A stretch of 64,000 bases of DNA from Trypanosoma brucei (taxonomy: Eukaryota): contig CP000071.1 of the NCBI GenBank assembly GCA_000002445.1, positions 544,001 through 608,000 on the forward strand. Reading direction: 5' to 3'. Under the pieces are notes generated by a model. That model was not told where the DNA came from, made no database searches, and worked only from the letters and a program-made list of their open reading frames with translations. Below are positions 32,442 to 42,480 of this stretch, piece by piece. Both the position numbers and the translations under genes were made by a program. The first letter of the stretch is position 1; every line of letters starts with the position of its first letter.

Positions 32442-32822
32442 TTAGATATCATCAGTAAGATCCAACTTCACTTTCCCGTCAACTGCGTTATCAAAGGCAG
32501 GCATACCGAGGTACGGGCAGCCGGCGCAACGAAAGGCATCCCCCTTCGCGCAGTTCCCGCAGCCTCCTGGTGGCATGGCGCCCATCACTTGACTTCCACC
32601 GGCCTCCAACTGCCGCTCCAACTCGGCTCGGCCGCAGGTGCAGTTCTTACAAGCCCGGCGCCGTGTCGCACAGTCCAACTTTTCAACCGTACTTTTGGCC
32701 TCACGATCCTCAGCTGTAAGCAAATCATCCTCATCAATTGGTCGTCGTGTTTTGAGACTGAAGGCCTGTGTGGAGTTGGCGGCGTTGTGGGATGTTGATG
32801 GAGCGGGGGATGACATTCTCAC
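32442..32822 (-). CDS. Anamorsin/Dre2 (CIAPIN1) Fe-S cluster assembly protein. Short form: only the linker and C-terminal Cys-rich domain.
   Basis: C-terminal CIAPIN1 signature CKNCTCG...[23 protein letters not shown]. Only 126 aa. Confidence 0.75.
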   Translation of the reverse strand: MRMSSPAPSTSHNAANSTQAFSLKTRRPIDEDDLLTAEDREAKSTVEKLDCATRRRACKNCTCGRAELERQLEAGGSQVMGAMPPGGCGNCAKGDAFRCAGCPYLGMPAFDNAVDGKVKLDLTDDI

Positions 32823-32891
32823 GAGACAGTTCCTTCCAGTGGATTACCGCTCGGCTGCCAACGTTGCTGCTGAATTGACTTCTTGCCTTTA

Positions 32892-32893
<2 letters not shown>

Positions 32894-32932
<39 letters not shown>
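32894..32932. repeat. (TA)19 microsatellite followed by a T9 run
   Basis: A direct read gives tatatat...×19. Similar shorter (TA)n tracts occur at 16208-16228, 29061-29100, 32341-32360, 34296-34330, 38233-38258, 39238-39262 and 52921-52940. Confidence 0.95.
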
Positions 32933-32940
<8 letters not shown>

Positions 32941-35690
32941 CAATGCTAATTTCCCCTCCCCTCTAATTATACGAGAGTTTGCACTAGTACTTCGTCAACC
33001 ACGTACGACGCTATTTGTAAGAAAAATATCCGAGTTTCAAGACTAGAACTGTATTTTTTTTTTTTTGCGGTGTATGTGTTTGAACACAATGTGCCACTAT
33101 CTGTGTTGAAGGGTCCACATTAAAAAACAATAATGACAACAAGGGATGAAAGAGGTGAACAAAAAAAAAATCCGTATATTCAGTCAAGCTGCAGTGGCAT
33201 TTAAATGAAGCACTGTTGTGTTCAAACACATCATCACTAAAACACGAAACATCTTTTTTTTTTAAAAAAAATAGAGGGATGTTGTGAGGCGGAACCACGA
33301 ACGCGAGTGGCGCATGTGAACAAAATTTGAGGAACTCTGATTTTGGAAGGGCAACAGAGTAAACACAATAACAGAATGGGAAATGCTTCTCTAAAGGCAT
33401 GCCGACACATGCGCTTTTGTCGCTATTCACGTAGCGGGATGTAAAGAGCAGCTCAGATTGCGCTATGGGAGTGATTAAACAAATAAACACACAAACACAC
33501 AAAAAGCCACACGAAAAAAAAAAGAAAGGCAAGGAGACAATGAAAAATGTGTAAATCAGTCGCTCCTCCATCCTTCTTTTTTTTTTTTTACAAAAAAAAA
33601 ATTATTTTTATTTTCCTTCCCAGACTAATCTCAAACTTTTCAACCCACCACTCGTCCTCTTCTTCCCTTTCCTTTTCTTAACCACACATTTATCTATTTA
33701 TTCCGCACCACCTCATTATTTCACATCTCCCTATTTGTGAAGCCACCTTTTTTTTTTTAAAAAAAACATTAATGGAGAACTAAGGGAGCCAGCGACACTG
33801 CTAAAATATAAGTGCATAAGTACAACTGCGTATAGTCGTGCGAAAAAAAAAAAGAAAAAAAAACACACACATGTCAATGGGCAGACGGGCCAAAAGGAAG
33901 AGGTCTAAAAAAAAAAAGGAAAGAAGCAGGAAAAACATAAAACATAAAATATAAAACACAAAACATAAAACAGAAAAGAAGAAAAAGAAACAATGAAAGG
34001 CACAACTGATGAAGGATGAACAGCGCACTTCACGATAAGAAAGGAGAGGAATATCCCATTAAGAGATGAAAGAGGAAACAAATACAGCACTGTTTATCAT
34101 AACACCTTTTCCACACCGTCTTATTCCCCACTAAGATGCATTACAAACGCAAATAAATGAAAACGGATGAAGCGGGTAATTGAGGAACAAAAATGTCAAT
34201 GATGGGCACTCAGATCAGCGCGTAGTGATGTAAACAGATCATACACACAAAGCCAGAACCAACAAGAACAGCAAAAAAAAAAAAAAGAACACGAGTATAT
34301 ATATATATATATGTATATATATGTATGTATGTTAGGCAATCCACCTTTCGCTGGTAAAAAACCTTTTTCTCTCTCTCTCTCTCTGCGTCTTTTTTGTTTT
34401 TTTTTTCCTCCACGTAGCTTCATCAAGTGTTTTAAAAGCATTTTTTTTTGTTTTTATCTCCTTTTCCTCCCATAATTTCACATCGCAGATATGTGGTTGA
34501 TGCAAAATTCCACCACACTTTCGACAAGTTCCCTTCCGTATGCTCACAAACTTTCTGTCGCTTTGTGACTTTACTCTCTTAAATTAAAACAATTCTTCAT
34601 GCAAGTGCCCACCCTTGACGTTGCCTTAGCTGTATGCCTTTCCTGTCAATTTTTTTCTTTTTTTTCTTTTTGTTGACTTGCCGCCTTCTTTGTTACCCTT
34701 TTGTTGCATTTTCCTTAACATTTCAACGTTTCACTCCGGTTTTTCTTTCTTTTTCGTTTACTTCTTGACCCCTTTTCTTTGACTGTTGTTGTTGTTGTTG
34801 TTGTCGTTTCTCTCCCCTTCTTTACTTCTCCGATCATCAACGCATTTTTCTTCTTTTTTTTTTATTTTATTTTATTATTTTGCCTTACGGAAATTACACC
34901 ACAGGTGGAGGAACACACAATGAACAAACTTATCAAGCAGTAAATGGCCCTAAAAAGAAATATTTGGATAATCGCCGCACATTTAAGGATTACGCCTCCC
35001 CTGTCATTTTTTTTCTCTTTTTTTAATTTTTTGACCTGCCGCCGCCTTCCACGCGAAACGCATCGCGGAATTCCCTTCGTTTGTTTTCTCTCACATATGT
35101 GACATATATTTTTCTCTTTATTTTATTTTTGTTATTTTTAAATGATGAATTGACAGCGATGTTGCATAGTGTGAAGTAAATGGATCAGTACCCAACGCGC
35201 AACTAATCCCCCACTTCATCAGGGACGAAGTTGCGTAAATAATTGAATAACAAAAGTAAAAAAAAAAAAGGACAACAAACTACCTTCCGCTCCAACGTTT
35301 GAAAAAGATAAGAAAAAAAAAATTAAAAAGTGACGAAAAAAAAAAGAGCCGTGTTGTGAGCCTCTTCATTCACCCACTCCGATAATCATGAGATGAACAG
35401 AAAACAAGAGACCAAACAAACAACAATAATAAAAATAATAGTAATAAAACAACAGGGGAAACTGGTCTCTCAGAACAGAAAACACCAATCCAACAACGCT
35501 AATTAAACAAAAAGGAGTTAAATATCGTGGAGTAAATTAGAATCAAAAAAAAAAAAGAAAAACTCGAAGATCATGGATAGTAGTAATAGTAATAATGATA
35601 ATAGTAAAATATAACAAAAAAATCTATTGTTCATATATATATATTTCCTTCCTTCTGATCTCTTGGTTTCTCTCTTTTTTTTTTCCACGA

Positions 35691-37271
35691 TCAGGACTGC
35701 TGTGTTGCGTATGGATGGCACATACGCACCTCCGGTCCCAAAGAAATTCCCTCCGCAAAGTCCAGCACCCCAACCTCTTCTCCCTCTGCAAATTGATACG
35801 GTGCTGTTTGAATGCTTGGTCTGGCGTAATATTCCTCCACACACTCTTTTTCCCTTTCTTTATTACCTTCAACTCCATCTTCCAAACTTGTTGTTAATGC
35901 TACTGCCGACGTTACCGGTGTTGGTGATAACAAACCGCTTGTCATGACCCCACTGTTGGTTATTGGCCGCTCTCTCCGTCGTATCACTCCACAATGCTTG
36001 TAGAGATCCACAATTAATTCACCACAGCTAATTTCATTTCCATGTGGCCGCCCACCCACCCATTCATAAAGCCGCGGGTGAATGTAACTAAGCATCAGGG
36101 CGGAATTCGTGTCCAGAGGGCGCCCAACGTTTTCGTTGATAAACTCACGGAGAAGGCGCTTGCGTTGCGGAGTCCACTCAAAACCTTTCAATCGGCGCAC
36201 GGCAAAACGGCGGTAGCACCACTTCTCGTCGTGCCGCCCAAAGAGACGACGACTCGCTTCCACCAGCTGAACACAATTGTGTCGCACGTGGCCATTAACA
36301 TCAGGTGCATTGACATCAATGTTGTCAATGGCCTCCATAATAACCGCCCCACGCCTCGGTCGTCGCTCAAACAGCGACTGTCCTTCACCCATGATTCCTG
36401 CTGAGAGAGGCCTAGTCAACAACATACCACCGTACTCCGCATTTACGCTGTCAGCAATGTTGCCATCAACACTATTATTGTTACTCCTGCTGCTACCATT
36501 ATCACTGTTGTTGCGGATGTCATACGCAAAGCTTGTTCGCCTCGAGCGCAACCGGTCAAAATGCGCAGGCTCCACTACAACAGCTACATGCGAGTATCGC
36601 AATGCTGCGGCACGCATACCACTGTAGACATACTGTGCAGCAGTTATCTTTGAGCTGATTTCTCCAGTTCCCATCATGAGGATGATGTCCCCTTCACGAA
36701 GTGTTGGCTCCACGAGGGACCATTCTTCAAGTGGGTGCTCCTCCAGTGGGCTGAAGAGACGTCCCACCGCCTCCTGCTGCCGCCACCACAAAGCGAGACA
36801 CAACACCACATAACTACAGCACCCCAAAATACACGCTGCTGCCACAATCAAACACTTTCTTCCGCGGCACTGGGAGCAAAATCGGTTCCATCCGCTACGG
36901 AATGGGCGTAACACACTGAAACGTCCTAGTTGCTGTTGCTGTTGCTGTTGTTGCTGTTGTTTTGAGTATTGATGCTGATGCTGATGTGTTTGATGTTGCG
37001 TTTGCGAATGGTGATGCTGCTGTTTGTGATGGTAATGATGTGGTTGATACTGTGACTGTGTCTGTGAATGATGCTGATGCTGCTTCTGATGTGTTAAGGG
37101 GAACGAATTTGTGGCAAATGGTGCGATCGATGGGCGCAGTAACGCGTTTTGTGAACAACCTAAATGGATGAAACGACGGCTGTCGACGCGTGGCGCGTGG
37201 AAAAACAAACCCCGTATGCCCCATCGCCGCTGCTGCTGGATGAACAACCCCATCACCTCTACACTATGCAT
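35691..37271 (-). CDS. Membrane-anchored protein with a YiiX/YaeF-like permuted papain-fold (peptidase C92-like) domain and a His/Gln-rich N-terminal region
   Basis: The motifs align with E. coli YiiX: GDIILMMGTGEISSKI...RYSHVAVVV matches GDIIF..SRSSQSKAI...YSHTGMLV, and later ISCGELIVDLYKHCG matches YCSEVVWKVYQNALG. One TM helix (CLIVAAACILGCCSYVVLCLALWW) precedes the domain. Q10 and HQ repeats come from a CAG/CAA/CAC microsatellite. Confidence 0.5.
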   Translation of the reverse strand: MHSVEVMGLFIQQQRRWGIRGLFFHAPRVDSRRFIHLGCSQNALLRPSIAPFATNSFPLTHQKQHQHHSQTQSQYQPHHYHHKQQHHHSQTQHQTHQHQHQYSKQQQQQQQQQQLGRFSVLRPFRSGWNRFCSQCRGRKCLIVAAACILGCCSYVVLCLALWWRQQEAVGRLFSPLEEHPLEEWSLVEPTLREGDIILMMGTGEISSKITAAQYVYSGMRAAALRYSHVAVVVEPAHFDRLRSRRTSFAYDIRNNSDNGSSRSNNNSVDGNIADSVNAEYGGMLLTRPLSAGIMGEGQSLFERRPRRGAVIMEAIDNIDVNAPDVNGHVRHNCVQLVEASRRLFGRHDEKWCYRRFAVRRLKGFEWTPQRKRLLREFINENVGRPLDTNSALMLSYIHPRLYEWVGGRPHGNEISCGELIVDLYKHCGVIRRRERPITNSGVMTSGLLSPTPVTSAVALTTSLEDGVEGNKEREKECVEEYYARPSIQTAPYQFAEGEEVGVLDFAEGISLGPEVRMCHPYATQQS

Positions 37272-37297
37272 CGAACCCTTTCTTCTATATTTATTTC

Positions 37298-37350
37298 CTC
37301 CTCCACTTCCACTTCCACTTCCACTTCCACTTCCACTTCCACCTCCACTC
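37298..37350. repeat. (CCACTT)n hexanucleotide microsatellite, 6-7 units, immediately upstream of the YiiX-like gene start
   Basis: cctccacttccacttccacttccacttccacttccacttccacctccactcc. Confidence 0.95.
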
Positions 37351-38232
37351 CTTTTTCTTTTTCTTTTTTTCTATAAATAAGTAAAAAAGTAAATATATTA
37401 ATAAATGTATCCCCCTGTTACCTCTCACTTACCCTTCTTTGCACTGACACCCCGCTAACGTGTGGCGCTTCACCGATTAAAACACTAGCCGATGTTTAGC
37501 TGTGAGTAGCGTTGATATGATGCCGCGTATGCGTACGTACGTGTGTTTTGTGTGCGCGTGTGTATTATTATTATTATTATTTTTTTTTTTGGGGGGGATG
37601 GGTGAAGGAAGGGATGGAACTAACAAAAATAAAGCAAACAAAAGTAAACCAACTCAAGTAAAGGGGGAAATAAAATAAAAATAAATATGGAACCGAGTGA
37701 AGGTCCCCCAGGGCGCTACGAATATTTGATAGAGACAAAAATAAGAAAAAAAGAGAGAAGAGCACATGAACAAAACAAAAAAAAAAACAGAGGAAAGGAA
37801 AAGAAACAAATGCTCCGTTTGACAGATTAATGCAAAGTGACAGAGGACAAACAGCTTTAAAAGAACACTAAAGAAGATCAGTAGCAACAGTAACTGAAAG
37901 AGAAAAGAAAGAAAAAAAAACAAGGGCAAACGCAAATAAAAGAGTTCCTCCTTGTACTTTACTAATTAAGTTATTTTTCGCCTCCCCGCCTGCGGTGGTG
38001 GTGGCCGGAAAGAGAGAAAAAGAGGAGAAAAAAAGAAAGAATGACTTGCCTTTTGCCACGCAACTGCCGCACACCGGTACCATTGTGAGAAGCGGAAACG
38101 AAAGGACGACGGCATTCGGTCAAGTCATTTTGAAGAGGGAGCGAAGGGGAGGGGGAGAAATTAATAAAGGAAAAAAAAAGAAAAGGGAACATATCGTTTG
38201 TGCCCCGTCGCTTCACCAGCAATTATACGCGA

Positions 38233-38264
<32 letters not shown>

Positions 38265-40140
38265 TACAATAATACGTGAAGGGGAAAGGGAGATAAAACG
38301 AAGAGACAGAAGGAATCCGCGTTCATTGAACGGCTCGCCGGTGCTACACATGTTTCCGCAAACCCCCCCCCAAAGTAAATATCACAAAGAAAGCAAAACT
38401 GCAGGAGATCAATGAGAAAAAACAACAACTGAAGACTATCGATGAAAACGTGTGACTCTCAGCACACGGCAATCATGTCACTACTGCTTAGCGAAGGAAA
38501 AGGTGAACGGGGCGTCTCCGTTTTATCACCGATGAAAAGCGTGTGGATGGAGCGCGGGTGAAATGAATAACCACAAAAAACTAGAAAAAAAAGACTTTTT
38601 TTTCCGGAGGAGGGGGGAGTTGGAGACAAAAAGGCACATTTGTTGTCGCAGAAGCGGTTCTGGTTCCTTTATGTCAGGCCTCGTTAGATTTTAAATCACA
38701 CATTTTCTCTTTACCAACCGTATATCCCTCTTACCTCAGCTCTACCGCACATATATCATATACAACACACATGTACATGTATGCCAATGAGAGGTAGGGA
38801 GATATGATACGTGCATGATGGGAAATTTAGCTAAAGGGGCAACAGGATCAATTAAAGAGGACAAAAATAAAAAAAGAAAAAAGAAAAAAAAAATAAGGGC
38901 GGTCTCCCTCATGGAAAGTAAATGCACCGTCCCCCCAACACCAGTGGATGGTTGGCGCAGTTTTGTGCCCTCGACGATAACAACGAGTAGTGTGACGTGT
39001 TAAAAGCAACGCAAAACAAAACAAAACAAAGAGAGAGAGAGATGACTGACCAAACTGAAGGAGATGCAATAAATATCAAAGGAAAGCGGAGAATTCCGCA
39101 AACCGAAACACTTCGCCCCCCCGCCTCCCTCCCTTTCTTCCCTCTTTGTCTTTCGTGTAATCCCCATTTCACATTTCTGTTCCATATTAACTTTTCTCCA
39201 AGCCCCTCTCCTCTCCTCACCTCCCCCACAAAAAAATATAATATAATATATATATATATATATTTAACCTTTAACTCAGTCGCCATTTTCCCCATCCATT
39301 TGCTTTTCCTTAAGTCCATGCCGCGCCTTCACAGAGAAGTGAGTAAAACAAGGAACATAAGAAGAGCCCAAAAGCCTCGTAATAGGTTTGAGCATTCGCA
39401 CACATGACGTAAATAAATAAATATATGTGTACATATATATGTAAAGCAAAGAGAGAGAGAAAGAAAGTCAACGACGCGAACGAAGCAAAATAAACATAAG
39501 GAAGAAAGAAGGGTAGCTGCGCATCGCACATTTACATGCACACCCACGGTGTCGAAACAATAAAAGCAACAACACTCAAAACAAAGGTAAAAAAGAAAAA
39601 AGAAGAAATATAGAGGGAGAAATACACATGGATTAAGAAAAATATGGAAGGGAAAGATGACTGATGGGTGGCTTGTAAAGACAAGATAGTGTCTTTTACA
39701 TTCTACTTCGCCACCTTTCCCCTAAAGGAGGTGGAAATCACACATAAGGACGCACATGCGCAGTAGAATGACCCCGATTGCACATAATAAACCCTCAAGT
39801 GTTAACGCAGCAGAGTTCAACACCGGAGATGAAGGGTAACTAGCAAGTTATACTGAGTTCTCCCTTTCTCCCCCCCCCCACGCACACATATATGCCTGTT
39901 GAAGCTCGTCTATGACGAACCAAAAGTACAGAATTCAATCTGTACGGCACCATTTTCCCCTGCTCATCTTGAACACGAGTAGTGGTAACTCTCATTATAT
40001 AACCAACTGTTTAGCCTGAACTGCTTCCCACTAACTTGGGCTTTACAACTCAACGCGGCAATTTACCCTAGACATGCGTACATAAAATACCGCACAAGAT
40101 AAATGATTTGTTTTTTTCTAACTGTGTCTTTACGCCCTTT

Positions 40141-42480
40141 TCAGCGCTTTTGAAGGTTTGAGCACCCCGCTGTATGGAGTTCTAAATACGCCTCAATCGA
40201 AAAGGTCGTCGTCCACTGTCTGAAGAATGGGTGACTGAGTAGCTCCCGTGCGGTGGGACGGCGCCGAGGTTCGGGGTCCATGCAGGAATGAATAAAGTCC
40301 AGAAATGCGTCACTGAGAGGCACATCTCGGGGGAAACGGCGGAGATCCAACGGCTCTTCCATACGGTGAATCGTTACAAATGGGTCCGCGCAGTCCGTGA
40401 GGTCAACGGGGTATTGTCCAACAGCGAACTCCGCCAGCGTCATGCCAACCGCCCAGATGTCGCTTGGCTTCCCGTGAGGCCTTCCCCGCTGTCGCTCGGG
40501 GCTCATATACTTACTTGTTCCGGAGCATTGCGGATCATCTCCAGTGGCTGCACCGCTTTCACTAGCGGACGCAACTCCCACGAGGGGTGGTGATTCGTAG
40601 CCACTGCCCGTGTGAATTCCGTTTATGCTGTGCCCATAACCGTTACCACTCATGTTACTGGCGGCATCGCTCTCAAACCCGTTGTCAACACTACCACGTT
40701 TGTTGTTAACGCGTGGGTTGCAGCGCCTTTCCTCGCACGAGTCGTCTCTGCTTTTAATTTTGACGTCAGCACCAGTGTCACCACTCGCGATAAAGTCTGC
40801 TGGGAAGTGGGGAAGCGACACAACACTTTCCTCTTCCCCTGTACATCGAGAGGATAACCCAAAATCACCAAGTTTCACTATTCCTCTGTTGTTGATTAGG
40901 ACGTTACCAGGTTTAATGTCACGGTGGACGAAACCCCTGCTGTGCATATGTTCCACACCGCGCAGAAGCTGCTCGCCCACCACGGCAACGAGCCTCTCAG
41001 GTACTGAAACCACTTTTCGCTCATCCTTCGCATCCACTTCACTTTCCCTCATTTCCTTTTCCTCGGTCATGCACACCGCCCCATCGCCATTGTGACGATT
41101 GCTACGATTACGTCGCCTCGCACCATGCGTGCCACCGTTTTGGTTCTGCCGCTTTTTTGTCCTACTACCGCCCGCACTAACGACTTGACAGTTCACATCG
41201 TTGCCGGTACTTACACCGTTAGACACGTCGTTATCCGTGACATAACCACCGAGTAATCTCTGCAACCGGTCCAGACCGCCGTAGTGCATGTATTCCATCA
41301 CAAAGTCGAGTGCCATTTCTTCTTTATTAAAGAACGCGTTGTACACCTTTACCATGAATGGGTTCCGGTAAGCCATATGAAGTGTTTGGAGCTCACGCAA
41401 AACAAAGCGGTGAAGCTGTCGGATGTAAGGCGATGCCCGCACACTGTGCGTACGGCAAATGTTCATATGTTCCCATCCATAAATCATCGAGGAGAGGTCA
41501 ATGCGTTTGACGGCGAGCAACTTCCCAGTGGGATAATGTTCTGCCATGTACACGTTTGCCGACGCCCCCTCACCCACAATTGACTTTAGTTTGACATCAC
41601 TGTACTTTACAGCGGTAAGACCAGGTTCATTGCTGCTGCTGGAGTCGGCGTTGTTGGGGGGGAGCACGGAGGGTGACGGGAGATTAAAGCTTGGCATGAC
41701 GTACGTGTGCGTTGCGCTATCACCACCAGCGGCAGCAAATGTGGGTCGCGGTGTGGTAAACCCCGAAGTTTTGGCGTTATGGGCATTTAGCGAATATGTG
41801 ATGGGGCTGTATGGCGTGTCGAGGCTAGTAGACAGTAGCGTAAAAGAGTTGTTGGACAGTGGTTCCGTCGTTAACGAAAGCTTTGGCTTCAGCAGCGCCC
41901 CGGGTACTGAGCGACGACCGTGTGAGCCCAATGGGGCTGGGGAAACTTCCCCTCCGTGAATCCCAAGATTTGCATTGAGTTGCAAGACACTTTCCATAGT
42001 GAGACACCCATCACCAGAAACAATAAAGGGACCAACATGTAGATGCTGACCATCATCGGACAGCGATATCCACTGCGCCCGCGGGTGGTGACCAAAAAAG
42101 TCTTCTGGAGCCAACATATTGAGTGAAGCCACCGAGGCACCAGCAGCGGTGCTGCACGCGGAGCGGTTCAGTAAAGGTGGGCGCAACTGCTGAAACCGGT
42201 CCCGTTTGGGTGTAACAGTGCTGGAAGCATGGGCTGTGAGCTGTAAACTGGAGGGAATGTGAAGTGGCTCTGTAGGGGGAAGCAATGACGGTGGAGTTAA
42301 GGAGAAGAGGGGCGGCGGCCGCTGCTTCACTTGCCGCCCTATTGCTGTTGCGGAGAGCACACCGTTGCAGCTACTGGGCGACTCCTCCGGGTTGCTCGTG
42401 ACGTTGTGTAACTGAGCACTAGCGCATGAATATATATTTCCGGGTATACTTCCATCTACCGTAGCAGTTTTATGGTCCAT
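40141..42480 (-). CDS. MAP kinase kinase (STE7/MEK)-like protein kinase, 779 aa, with a long N-terminal extension and large kinase-domain insertions
   Basis: VGEGASANVYMAEH...AVKRI, HRDIKPGNVLINNRGIVKLGDFGLS, GTSKYMSPERQRGRPHGKPSDIWAVGMTLAEFAVGQYP. These match the MEK consensus HRDVKPSNILVNSRG.IKLCDFGVS and GT.SYMSPER...SDIWS.G.SL.E.A.G.YP. Confidence 0.75.
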   Translation of the reverse strand: MDHKTATVDGSIPGNIYSCASAQLHNVTSNPEESPSSCNGVLSATAIGRQVKQRPPPLFSLTPPSLLPPTEPLHIPSSLQLTAHASSTVTPKRDRFQQLRPPLLNRSACSTAAGASVASLNMLAPEDFFGHHPRAQWISLSDDGQHLHVGPFIVSGDGCLTMESVLQLNANLGIHGGEVSPAPLGSHGRRSVPGALLKPKLSLTTEPLSNNSFTLLSTSLDTPYSPITYSLNAHNAKTSGFTTPRPTFAAAGGDSATHTYVMPSFNLPSPSVLPPNNADSSSSNEPGLTAVKYSDVKLKSIVGEGASANVYMAEHYPTGKLLAVKRIDLSSMIYGWEHMNICRTHSVRASPYIRQLHRFVLRELQTLHMAYRNPFMVKVYNAFFNKEEMALDFVMEYMHYGGLDRLQRLLGGYVTDNDVSNGVSTGNDVNCQVVSAGGSRTKKRQNQNGGTHGARRRNRSNRHNGDGAVCMTEEKEMRESEVDAKDERKVVSVPERLVAVVGEQLLRGVEHMHSRGFVHRDIKPGNVLINNRGIVKLGDFGLSSRCTGEEESVVSLPHFPADFIASGDTGADVKIKSRDDSCEERRCNPRVNNKRGSVDNGFESDAASNMSGNGYGHSINGIHTGSGYESPPLVGVASASESGAATGDDPQCSGTSKYMSPERQRGRPHGKPSDIWAVGMTLAEFAVGQYPVDLTDCADPFVTIHRMEEPLDLRRFPRDVPLSDAFLDFIHSCMDPEPRRRPTARELLSHPFFRQWTTTFSIEAYLELHTAGCSNLQKR

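Noticed and set aside
33011-33571. 186-aa minus-strand ORF, and similar ORFs at 37654-37935, 33801-34028, 35518-35844 and 38909-39319
   Set aside because: They are translations of homopolymer and microsatellite tracts (poly-F/L/K). Their low complexity is typical of non-coding AT-rich spacers.
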